A DNA stretch of 64,000 nt from Antedon mediterranea (Eukaryota; Animalia; Echinodermata): positions 20,877,432-20,941,431 of the forward strand of contig NC_092679.1 in NCBI RefSeq assembly GCF_964355755.1. The letters are read 5' to 3'. Shown here one piece after another: positions 37,401-49,602 of the stretch. A program made the translations under genes and the position numbers. Within the stretch, counting starts at the first letter, position 1. The number at the start of each line of letters is the position of its first letter. The notes under the pieces were generated by a model. That model was not told where the DNA came from. It saw only the letters and a program-made list of their open reading frames with translations, and searched no databases.

Positions 37401-37700
37401 CCTGAAGCATCAGCCTCTAGAGCTGCCTCTGCTACGTCAACGTTCCGCTCTGATTCACAAGCTTCTACAAACACTTTAATATCTTCATCAGACTTTGAAT
37501 ATGAAAACCAGCAAGGTGAATTTCTTGGTAAAGAATCTCCTGCTGGCATTGGTTTTGGACAAGTGCCAACACCACCAAAGACTGGTGTGCCTTCAAGAAC
37601 AAGATCAAAGAGATCCATGTCACTGGATGTAAATGATAGTGATGAAGATAAGGGTAAAGACGATGATGGTGGTAAGACTTTTAGTCCACCATTTTTTTAA
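31448..37700 (+). CDS. FSIP1: Fibrous sheath-interacting protein 1-like, 905 aa
   Basis: Exons 31448-31612, 32021-32090, 32536-32856, 33285-33407, 33959-34119, 34433-34537, 34926-35105, 35642-35797, 36046-36439, 36658-37700; 2718 nt, all GT-AG, phases consistent. Motifs MDITRGSLDEITRPAS..RPGSR, EAIKKMEKLDRILAKK, NTVKFLAL, DFIHRNIQLA..EKRRLEDLL and LGEKVL match recalled FSIP1. AATAAA at 37951 and ~37998. Confidence 0.85.
32119..32371. mobile_element. Kolobok-type MITE in an FSIP1 intron
   Basis: TTAA-AGATATATTGTTCCCC ... GGGGGCAATACATCT-TTAA: AG..CT termini with a TTAA TSD. Confidence 0.6.
35161..35321. mobile_element. Harbinger-like MITE family A
   Basis: TIRs AGCTCTGTCTACACTATCAAAC / GTTTGATAGTGTAGACAAGGCT; TTA TSD. 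Confidence 0.85.
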
Positions 37701-38336
37701 TTAATATGTAAATTTTATGCAAAACAAGACTTCAAGAACAAGAGGTTTGGAATTGGAACCTGACTGTTATAATCAAAAATTCAAATTCTCAACAGTCACG
37801 TAATCGCACCTTGAACATGTCCCTAAGTTCGTCTTTCATACACTGTAAAGGGACATGTTATTTATTTATTCATGTTTCTTTTTTGTTAAACTTGGCCTTG
37901 TCTTGAATTACTTATTTTTAAAAGATATTGTAATGTTGTTGATGTGATGCAATAAATGTTTTGAATCAATTTGAATTGATTCATAATTTATACACAAAAT
38001 AAAAGTTAAAGAAAGCTGTATATAAATGATATATCTAAACGAGCAATATTATTACTATAAAATAAAAAAAAACTGAGTAAAAATAAAGAATAATCAGATT
38101 GTTACATAATTGTATATAATATTCTAAACAACGTTTAAATGTTTCATGTAAACTGAACTCACTGTAAAACTTGTAAACTGTTTTCAAAAACTTTTTTCCA
38201 ATACGTACCCTGGTAATTATTACATCACCGTCAGCCAATCAGATGGCATGATTATGTTGTTCAGTCTAATGTTGTTGCACCCTATAGCCAAGGCTCAGAG
38301 TTTTAAATATTTACTAAGTAAAAATATACAGTAATT

Positions 38337-41300
38337 ATGGCGTTGACGGTTAGACAGATGTTGTTAGCACTTGGAATGCTTGTTACTGGTAGTATAAACA
38401 CACTAAGTAAAAAAGCACAAAATGACTGCACGTAAGTAACTAACTTTGTTTATCTAGCCTAGCTAGGCCTACCCTACTCTGTAGTTTATGCTAGGCCTCA
38501 GTCAGGGCTAGGCAGGCTGGCTAACTAGGAAGTATGATACAGTACACTAAAAGACGGTGGGAGAAGGCAGATTGGGTGGAATTTTTTTAAATTTTATTAG
38601 TAATACTAAATGCTATGAAGTGTTACACAAGCGTAGGCCTACGTACTGTATATATTTTTTACAACAATGGACATCACTAGCTAGGCCTAGACTAGTAGTA
38701 GTTGTAGTAATCACTGGCTGGGAGGAGTGTGCATTTTTAGAATTGATTTATTTTGGTTTTTGTTGATAGAGTTGTTGGACGCAATGGAACAGCACCACAT
38801 GAGTTTGATCATCCATGGTTCCAGACACTTATTATGTTTATAGGTAAGACTAAAATAATATGTATTGGTTAAATGAATGCAATGGAATTAAAACATGACC
38901 ATAAACAAAACAAACAACTCGGAACTGATTGTTAAATGACAATTTCAAATCTAGGATACAGCTGGGTGGCATGAGAAATGTTTTCACAATTTAAAAAAGC
39001 TTTAAAATATTGTATGTTATGCACGATTTTAACGATTAGCAGCAGTTGCATGAGTTCATTTTTTTCTCCATTTTTCAGGTGAAAGTATGTGTCTGTATGC
39101 TTTGCTGGTGTTGCGGCATCAGGAAAGGAGAGAGGTTTGTCATTGTGAAATACTTGTATTTTAATTAACTTTACACAGGCCTGTTAAGTAATGAAAATTG
39201 GTCTTGGAGCTTTTCGATTTGGGATGACCTAGGAACAAGTTAAGTCATCAGTGTCAATTGATGTGTAGTCTCCAAGGCTAGCAACCACCAGATCTGTGTC
39301 AAGGTGGGGAAAGCGGGAAGCTAGGACACGCGTCCCAATATTTCAGTCTGCGTACAATAAATTACCATAAGATATGTCGGCAGTAATCACAATTTAAAAC
39401 TGCCTAATAATAATATAAACACGTCTTGAATGAACTATTTCCTGTATCAAAAAATAATTGCATAGTAAAATAACTCAAGCTCGTATTTGATAATTCATGA
39501 TAATTTTTGTCTTATGTTTTCTTTCATTATTAGCTTAGAAAACAGCTTTATAGCATACAGAGTGTTGATGGGGACGTCGATCCTACCAACCAATTGAAAC
39601 AACCAAGGTAGGTGTTGCATCTATTTCATCATACTAACTTTGACAATCAGGGAAAATTTTCATTTAAAAATTTTGTTTAGCAATATTGCTAATCAAACTG
39701 ATTTTTAAGTCGAGAAACATAGTTTTGTATTGTATTTTTTGCTACACAATTTTCAAAATGTGTAGCAATAAGGTTGTTTTGTATAGCTTTTTGCTACGCT
39801 ACACTGGCGAAAATGTTCCCTGACAATACATACCTGTATGCCCTATTAATTTTTACTCATTTATAATCTTTTTGTATATTTAATTTATGTATTGAACAAG
39901 AGCAGTTAATTCTATTCAGGCCTATGCCTATTGCTTGCTCCTGGCAAGATTTTGCTTGATACAACATGCCGAATATTATCATTATTATTATTTAACTATA
40001 TACAGAGAATCCAAGCAATCCAATTTTAATATACTATTTTCTTATATTGTGTTTTTTTATTTTTATCTAACCAGAGTATTTCAGATCATACTAATAATTC
40101 CTACGTTATGCGATTTATTTGGAACAACATTAGCTGGTAAGAACATTTTAAACATTATCATTAAACATTATTGATTATTTGAGGAAAATAAATTGTTTTA
40201 CATTTGTCCCACAATTAACTTTGAAAAATTCACATATGAAGCACAGACAATTGAGTGTTAATACATGTTTACTGTAATGTCTGTGTCTTGCAATAGTAAT
40301 TGTATTGCATTTATTTATTTGATTAGGTATTGGTCTTCTTTATGTCACAGCCTCTGTTTGGCAAATGTTGAGAGGATCCATCATTGTTTTTGCTGGAATA
40401 TTGTCGGTTAGTTTTGTGTAAACTGTGTTATACCATCTATAATTGCTCTGCTCTGTGTTTTTACTGTATTTACTCTTGGACAGGTGGTGTAATGGTTAAT
40501 ATATATTTTTTGTCCATGAGTACAGTATGTATACATTCATTATTTGCATAACATCAAAGAACTTATAACACAAGAATCTCCTGTTCTTCAATTTGCATTC
40601 AAAACACAGTATCGGAAGTACAGGGTTAAAAGGTCAAACTGGGCGACGCCATTTCACAGCATGGAGCAGCGCCCCCTCCAAACTAGGAAGTCAATTACTC
40701 TACCCTCCTAGAGTATTAGCAGATCCCCTCTATGATTTTGACTTTCTAATTTGATGTGGGCGCCCTACTCCTCAGTCAATTACTCTATCCCCCCTAGAGC
40801 ATTAGCAGATCCCCTCTATGATTTTGACTTTCTAATTTGATGCGGGCGCCCTACTCCATGGCTCACAATGGCGCCACCCATAGCTCTATTCTATCCCACA
40901 ATGCCTTTCGAAATTATTACGCGCTTCGGACGAACAGGAGATTCTTGTGTTATAAGTTCTTTGATAACATTAAAATATTATTTTTTCTATTTCAGAGGCT
41001 CTTTTTAAAAAGAAAACTACAGTGTTATCACTGGACAGGGATTTCACTTACCATGGTAAGCACATAGTGATGTTGGATACCTGCTGACATTCTGTTTCAT
41101 TCCTTTGTCATTTCTGTGATTCAATTTTTTTTGTCTGAAAACCCATCATAATGGTGATGGTCATGGTGGTTTGTTTATTTGTTAGTGTTACATAATGTAT
41201 AGTATTATTATTATTATTCTAATGAAAGTGTTTTTATCTTGTAGTTTGGTTTGGTACTTGTTGGCCTATCCAGTGTCCTACAAGATGAAGAAGCAGGCTA

Positions 41301-44300
41301 CAGCTCAAAAACAGTTTTAGGTATGTTTCTATGGTTGGTTTGATATGGTTCTCTCTCACTCACTTTAACTCATATTCATACAAATTGAATTGAAAAAGAT
41401 AAGCAAGCACTGTATAAACACATGCATAGACACGTCTGCTAAATAAATAATCATTTGCATGGTACCAGGGTTAGCCCTCTAAATATTCATCATGAGGAGT
41501 CCCCATTACTTGACCAATTGTTTATGGTTTATTTCAGGTATTGTTCTTATTCTTAGTAGCCAATTTATAAGTGCAAGCCAGATGATAATTGAAGAACTAT
41601 TCCTTAAGAAACGAGGTTTTCCACCATTACAGGTAAAATAATTGAATTGATTGAAATATATATTTATACTGGGTAACCTCTTCAGTCATAGACTGGTCTC
41701 CCAGAGGGCCCAGTTGGTGATCAGTGGCTGTGATGTACTAATACACCGGGGTAACCCCCTACTCGTCTCGAAAGATGTACTCTTTAAAGTGCACACGAGC
41801 TAGATGTGTACACTGGACCTACGGTTTATAGTCCTTATCCGAGAAGACTCGTTCTACCACCAGAACCATGGAGTGAGTGAGCCTCGAACCCATGCCGGTG
41901 TTATGGCTACGTAATTACGGTTCCACTGTCTTAACCGCTCGGCCACTCACTCACTCACTCACTATTCCTCTACAGTATTCTCCCTGACACTGAATGCATA
42001 ATATACCCTACTCATCATTCATTAATTTGTTTAACAACATTCAACAGCAAGCACATGCCTTGCCAATGGCAGGATCTCAAGGCTTGTATTAGCTGTCAGA
42101 ATAATCCTGAAAATATGACAGGAATTGAACCAAGAACCCTAGGATTAGTAAGAAAACATATCAACCACCAGGACACCGTGCCACTACTTACAGTATCTAC
42201 TGGATTACAATAATAGGCTGCATCCTTGATTCTGACTCCACTATTATATAAGAAAAATTGAACATAGTTAATGCACAGTAGAATGTATTTTATTATTTGT
42301 TTAGGTTGTTGGTTTGGAAGGATCATTTGGTGTTGTGATTATGAGCGCTGTAAGTATAATAATGTATACTAGTACTGCAATCAAATGCTAAAGAAACTTC
42401 TATTTAAAATCAGATAGGTAAATAGGAAGAGGACAAAAATTTAAATTAAAGGATAAACAAATAGTTCAACTCTCTTATTGTATGAGTTATGTATTTGTAT
42501 GCCTTGAAACTTAAAAATATTATTTCAGTTAAAACATCATTTCGTACAATAAAATGTTCTAATAACAATCATTGGTTTTCTTAACAAAACATAATTTGCA
42601 ACGATTAGGAATCAAATGTTTTCTTTTGTGGTTAACATTCATACAACCAAGAATTTGTTATATTTTTATAATTTTATATATTTTCAGATTGTTCTTCCCA
42701 TATTATACCACATTCCTGATAGTTCAGCTGCAACACATCGGTATGAGGATAGCATTGATGCTCTCTACCAAATTAGTAACAGCACCAAACTGCTCATATT
42801 CTGCCTCCTATATCTCTGCTCCATTGCTTTTTACAATTTTTTTGGATTAGCGGTTACAAAATCATTGACAGGTTTGTAGGCAAAATGTTAATATTTTTTT
42901 ATATTTTTTTGTTTTCTTTTTGATAATCTCACAAATTAGACTAAATTATAACTCTTGCGTTTTTTTGGTTGTTAATGTATTAAGCTATGTCTACACTATC
43001 AAAAAAATGTGCCCATATATGGACATGGTGATGTCATATCACTACCATGTTTGGGAATATCACTACCATATTTGGGCACATCACACTTTTTTTGTCAAAC
43101 TAATAGACAAAGCTTTACACACTAATTCAAAATTAGTCTTTAGTTTGGTGTTTGTCATACCAGTAGCAAAGTCCAGACTTAGTTTTCATAGGACTCATAT
43201 CGGTATTTATACTCATTGTAAAAATACTGTTGCAACTGAAGGCTACTTCTACTCTTTAAAGCAGACTTACGTTTTAGTCACAAGAAGTTTGTTACCATTG
43301 GGCTTCCATTTGGTAGCTTCAAAGAGATTCAGATTTAATTTGCCAATTTAAAATGAGTGGTGAAAATGCAGTGGTAGATTCAAGATTTTGAAATAGTGGA
43401 GAAAGGGGCCTAAAAATAGTGAAATTTTAGGGTCGCTGAAATGGTTCATGTGTGTCAACTTTTTTTTCGGTTTTTTGTACTTTTATGATTATATCATAGC
43501 TTCTTTTTTTCCTATTTTTTTTGGCGTTTGTAAAGTGGTTAAAAGCATTTTTATTTATAGCAATTAGAGTTTTAAAAAATATGGGTGCAGTTTCTCATGC
43601 TGTGTGTGGTAAAACCACCTTCTCTTCTACATTATTCTGTAGTAGTCACATGGGAGTTTACAGACTTAAGTCTAATCTTTAAGTATTGTGTTGATGACAA
43701 GCACTGAGGCTGGCGCATTAGGGATGAAGAAAGTTTGACAGATATATAGGCTTGGAGGAGGATTTGTGATTACTATACATTTTTTTTTTAGCACAGGATG
43801 AGTTTCACTAATCCCGTATTTCACTATTTTTTATTTTCATTCTTTCAATATTTAATAAAAATTCCACTTTTGAAAACTCACTATAAAAAAAAATATTAGT
43901 GACATTTTCTGGCCTATTTAAATTGATTCATTGATTTTACAACTTTTTATCAGGCCAATCAGCAATGTTATTTCTCCATACACAGCATTATGCATAGATA
44001 CAGAAGTTATCACAACACTGATTGCCTTGTAACCGTGCTCAAAGGCTTATATTTGTTGTAATATGCTTATATTCTATTCTTGTCTGATGTAGATGATATT
44101 CTTTTTGCTGCCCTCATAAAGACCATACTCTCATTTCACTATATCAAACACAAAACATGCTTGAATGAGAAATGACTAGTAATAATACCCTAATTGAAAT
44201 AAACACTGAAAAAGTACAGTATAATAATTTCATTAAAAAATGCCTATAATCTTTATAATTTGTTGACAATATTTCACAATGACAATGCTTTCTGTGGAAG

Positions 44301-47300
44301 GTTGAAGCGCTTATAATAATAATAACTAATAATTTATGTCTTATTGATGTTAAGCCTGGTTTCCATAAAATTGCTACACGACAGAGGGGAGCGATTCTAT
44401 GGAAACGCTAGAATTTATCAGAGATCTAGTACGCGAGCGCTAAATATTCTTTGGTACGCGTATACGATTCATCGCCGACACAATCGGCAAAGTTGAACAT
44501 GGTTGATTTTATATTTATATCCATTTTAAACTGTAATTAAAAAACACATTATTTCGTCAATTGTGTATCTTCTTATTTCATACGCATCCAATAGCGACTA
44601 ACTCGCCAATTACTGGATGGATAAACTATTTTTATATTTTTTCGTGCTTATAAGTCTCATTTGAGGTTTAGGGAGTGGAGTTGAAAGAGTTGTGAGTTTA
44701 CAGCCCTGGCACTAGGTCAGGATTGAATCCTGGACTGGAAGGCAAGCATGTTCAACCACCAAGCTACAGCTTCACTACATCTGTTACCACAACACTATAA
44801 ATGAAAGAACTGGAAGATTTTAAGGATACCTAGGGAGACTTTCCTTTTAATTTTCTTAAAACATATATTCTATACAGTAAGGGATGATGATGATGATGAT
44901 AATGATAATGATTCCTTCTGCATGCTTTTTGAAGATAAGAAATTATTTATTGACATTTTTGACAGTTTGTTTATATAATTAATATTAAAGTACATACATA
45001 TTTGACATAGAGTCACCTTGGAAAAACCATCTAAATGTTTTGCTTTTCATTCGGTTTAGTTGCTTATATGGTAACGATGGGGATTTGAATTTAGCTCAGG
45101 TTAGAATAACATCATTAATTTAACATTGTGAAAGTAGATTGAAATAACCTATGTATATATACATTTAATATTGTTTAGTTAGAATCGTTAATATTTTTTT
45201 GACTTTATTTAAACATTTATTTAACATATAAATTGGTGCTTAGCTTAAGGTTAGCAACATTATTCTGATTGACTTTAAAAATAATATCCATCCTCTAAAG
45301 GACATCCGCTAGTTAGTTCATAAGTTCTTTCTGTTTCATTGTGTTCTAGTGTTCTTATTTTACATACTGTTTAAAGCATGTTTACATCACCTTTAAAAAA
45401 ATAATATTAATATAAGGCCAAGTAAAATTAATTAAATCACATCCTCTCCCCTCATCAAATTTCCAAGCAGCATGAACGAATTTAATATATTTTTCAAAAA
45501 ACCTAATTTATATAAGGAAAATAGAATAAAAAAATGTGAAGAATTGATTTTTCTGAGCTCAGGAGATGGAAATAATATGCTGGACACCATGAATTACTCT
45601 AAATACACATTTTCAAATGTCTATGCCGTTTTTTACCATAGATTTTTTGTTAAAATAATGAAAGAGTAAATAGCAAATAGTAAAACTCCTCACCAAGCTA
45701 CAATATCAAATCTACTATATCTATCTACTACAAATAATAGTTTTATATAATCATAGTCTTCTATAAATAATTGGTTTAACAAATAGAATTGTTAATGAAT
45801 TTATTTTTGTTTGGTTGTTCTTTGAGATTACCTAAAAGATCTTTCTACCATCCATGTTGCATAGAACTGAGGCATACTGATATACAGAGATGGCACTCAA
45901 GAGAATACACCGCCATATATCATTCAGATCCACAAGAGCTATCTCAGCTAGACAGTTGTCAATAACCAGTCAAATAAATCTAATCTACACATCCAAGAAT
46001 TGTCACGTTTTTTGTTCATATTTTTCTGGCGAAGTTAATCTTTAGAAAACATGTTCGACCTTTAACCTAGCTTAAACTCATCCTGGGTGTCTTTTGTGTT
46101 TTTTTCCTAGTCAATTGTTTTGTGTTCACGAAGTCAGGAGACTGTTCAAGTTGTTTTCCAAAAGCATAATCCTTGTCGTTCGTTAATCAAGCTGAGATGC
46201 TTTAAGGAGACGATACATCCATGACTTGTATTACTAAATGTAATTTGCTTCTCGTTGCTTCTCTGACCCAAGTCACAAAAGTCATGGCCATAACAATTAA
46301 AAAACATTTAGATGTAAACAAATAGTTGATGTTTAGCTATCATCCTTTTTGAGAGATGGGTGTTTTTGTATCTTGTCTGATACAAGAAGTTTCTTAGAGG
46401 TTTTCTTTTTCAACACAATTGATTTTTTTGTTGTAATACTTGACTATGCTTTTTTAAATTTTGAAATAAAGAATTTGAAAACTATATTTTTTTTAAATTA
46501 CAAATCATTTTTATTGCAATTTAAAATCATAAATTGAAGTTTAACAATCATAAAATATTATATACATAGAGCAAACAGAAGCAAAAGTACAGATTACATA
46601 CACAAACACTTTGTACAAAAAATTAATGCAATTACTTAATCGATTAAAAAAAATGAATTAGGTATCGCAAAATTACAATAAGATTTTATGTTATAAAAGT
46701 ATTTTTATATATAATTATTAAGATATTTTGAAATTTAAGCCTAAAAAAAAAAACACAATCTGAATTTTTGATTCATACAATTAATTTCAAACTTTTTGTC
46801 GGAATTACTTTTCATTGCAAATTGATGGTATGGTTATTAAAACGACAATGGTATTTTCTCTTGACATCATTATTTTTCTCTATGCTCAGGGATCACAGCA
46901 CAATTTAAAACAATTCACATTTTCAAAAATTCTTTACAGATTTGTATGCTTTTTTTCTGTATAAAAAACCAAAATCATTTACTTGAAAGCTTAGAAATAT
47001 AGAATAGAAGCATTGACAAGGCTAAATTTGTATAGGTCCCTTATTTTATAAATTGTTTCACAGGTTTAAATGGATTAACAATTTAATGTTAATTGATTCT
47101 TTTGAAGAACTTTGTTAATGGAACTTTGGTCAAGTGCCGTCTTTGGTTTAGCCTACTCAAGTAGGTTCAGATCCCTAAAAGGTCCCAGATGGAAATTTCC
47201 AGGTCACAGATCGAATACTGTTCTTTTTTTTTTTCTAAAGGTAGTAGTAGTAATTATAACCTATATTTAATCACCTTAATGTAAAGTATATACTGGCATA

Positions 47301-49602
47301 AACCATCCCAAAATTGAAAGCAATTTCATGTTGTAAAAACTCATTAACCAAAATGTTCACTTCAATTTTGGTTAATGTATATTACTGCGGCAGATGAAAA
47401 AATACTATATTTTCTCCATTAGACAAAGATATAATTTTGTTTTTTAAAACATATGTGTTCATCCTATGAAAGGATTGCCACCTGTTCGCACAGTGTTTTA
47501 AATTGGCATTCATGTAAATAATAAAATAGAAGAAGATTATTTATTCTGACCTTGGTGATATAAAAATGAAATAATGGGATCCATTGAACCTCTCAAAAAT
47601 TAATTTAATCAAGATGTTTGATAGATTTAATCGTTTAAGTCGATTATAATTCAACCTTCACTTTGATATTTGTCGGTTGACTAGATATCCATCATGTTGT
47701 TAATTAGAGCTTCGTTTACCTTGTTTTTAGATAGAGAATCTTGTCCGTCTTTTCAGGGCTACGTCTTCTATAAGTCTCTTTTAAAGCTCTGTCTACACTA
47801 TCAAACTTTATGTGGTATGGCCATATACTGTATGGACATGGTGATGTCATATCACTACCATATTTGGGAATATTACTACCATATTTAAGCATATCACTAC
47901 CATATTTGGGCACATTGCACTTTTTCCTTAAACTAGTTTGATAGTGTAAACAGAGGTTAAGAACCGTTTTGGTACATTTTTATCTTCCTCACAGTTTTTC
48001 TCTCTTCCACTACGTGTTATGATAATGTTCAAGTTAATTAGTACTCTTCTTACCTTGTTTGTAAGCATTTTCTAGAAAATTTTCTTGGAAAAGATCAAAA
48101 GTAGGAGAAAGAGAAAGAACATGGAATGACATTTTCCACAAACATTTACTAGTAATAAAACCTAGGTAAAATGTGTTTATCAAACTCGACGCATGTCAAA
48201 TCCGTCCGATTTTAAGTAGGTCACTGTTTTACCTTTGATGTTCGACTAAAGCCGTAATTACCCAAGATCAATTTTAAGTAGAGATATGTTCTTGCCAAGC
48301 TCTGCTGCCAGGTTGTTACAGCCAGATAACATCTAGTACATAACGCAAGACGAGGAGCAAAAAATTGAAAAATCCTTTGCTGAGCCCTGGGATGTTGCAA
48401 CTAATGCGCAATACATGATGGGCACATTTAAAACGCAAGGTTATCAGAATTACAGCAAAACCTCTGTATATAATTCTATATACTTTTACAACATTCATAT
48501 ATATATTTATATACTTTTATTTTGAATATCTAATATTGATATTCAATTTTCTATCTAACCACACATGCAATTTGAGAAATACATACAGTAGTTCAAATAA
48601 CAGTATTGTTTTGTTTTTCTGTGATTTAATTATGAATCAAAGTTGTTATAATAATGAAGGAATTAAAAGTCTGTGTTCAGCATGGAAAAGTTATTCTCCA
48701 AACGGGTTGATGTGAATATTTGTTGACTGGTCTTTGCATCTGTTGTGCTCTTGTTTTATATATTTACTTGGAATGCTGCCTTTGTAGATATGTGTGGTTC
48801 TCTAATTCTAATATATTCTATTCTAATTTTACAATATAACAACAAATGTTGTTTCTAATGGTTATTTTTACCAATTTTACTTAGATTTTTGTTCATCAAA
48901 GTTTAAAAAATTAAAAAATACCTCTGAAAATTATTAATTTTGTCTATTGTATAATCCCAGTGTCTTTGTTTTAATTTTTAGCTGTACACAGAACACTAAT
49001 TGACGCTTGTCGAACCATGTTGGTATGGCTTGTGGACCTAATCATCTACTATGCGTTTGACAAAAACTTTGGAGAAGAATTTGATGTTACTTATGGAATC
49101 CTTCAAAGTAATAATTACTATTTTTAATATAACTATTCAGTAGCCATTCTTTAAGTTTGAATGCATACATACACTAAAGCTCTGTCTATACTATCAAACT
49201 CTATGTGACAGAAAAATGTGCTGTGCTCATATATAGACATGATGATGTCATATCACTACCATATTTGGGCACATCACACTTTTTTTTTCAAACTAGTTTG
49301 ATAATGTAGACAGAGCTTTTGAATGCAAGATTTGCGGTACAACATGTGATTCCAAAGAAATGTAAACATTTTCACATTTAAATCACATTTTTAAATATTT
49401 CATTTTAGTTGATGGATTCCTATTCTTAATGATTGGAACTGCTATGTACAATGGGCTGATGCCTGTTGATTTTATACCATGGTGCAGAGATAGTTCTCAA
49501 ATGGTACCAGTGTCCTCATCAATAGGTAACGAAGATGAGGAAGGTGAGGATGATAATGAAGCATCTCCACTACTGAATGAAAAGGAACCTTCTTACACCT
49601 GA
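38337..49602 (+). CDS. SLC35F6: Solute carrier family 35 member F6-like transporter (DMT/nucleotide-sugar transporter fold), 406 aa
   Basis: Exons 38337-38431, 38770-38843, 39079-39134, 39534-39607, 40075-40136, 40327-40406, 40996-41055, 41245-41320, 41538-41632, 42305-42349, 42688-42871, 48982-49107, 49409-49602; 1221 nt. Motifs MLVTGSINTLS, FDHPWFQ..MFIGE, WQMLRGSII, QMIIEE, SIAFYNFFGLAVTK and GTAMYNG; acidic tail with an EASPLL dileucine signal. CCAAT box at ~38234. Confidence 0.92.
40555..40963. mobile_element. P-element-superfamily MITE (copy 2)
   Basis: Same TIRs as the 16511 copy; exact 7-bp TSD ATAACAT at 40548-40554 and 40964-40970. Confidence 0.88.
41662..41952 (-). mobile_element. 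tRNA-derived SINE with a Nin/Deu-type central domain
   Basis: Reverse complement shows A-box TGGCCGAGCGG, B-box GGTTCGAGGC, core GTCTTCTCGGATAAGGACTATAAACCGTAGGTCC and a LINE-like 3' tail. Confidence 0.8.
42120..42180 (-). mobile_element. Degenerate tRNA-derived SINE head (a similar one at ~44715-44770)
   Basis: Reverse complement GTGTCCTGGTGGTTG...GGTTCAATTCC has A/B-box-like spacing but no intact cloverleaf. Confidence 0.4.
42983..43114. mobile_element. Harbinger-like MITE family A (deleted)
   Basis: Family TIR and core; TTA TSD. Confidence 0.8.
47785..47957. mobile_element. Harbinger-like MITE family A
   Basis: Family TIRs, three 21-bp ATATCACTACCATATTT repeats; TAA TSD. Confidence 0.82.
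49178..49317. mobile_element. Harbinger-like MITE family A
   Basis: AGCTCTGTCTATACTATCAAACT ... AGTTTGATAATGTAGACAGAGCT. Confidence 0.82.

Noticed and set aside
41880-41952. tRNA gene
   Set aside because: It has A/B boxes but continues into a SINE core and tail; no proper cloverleaf.
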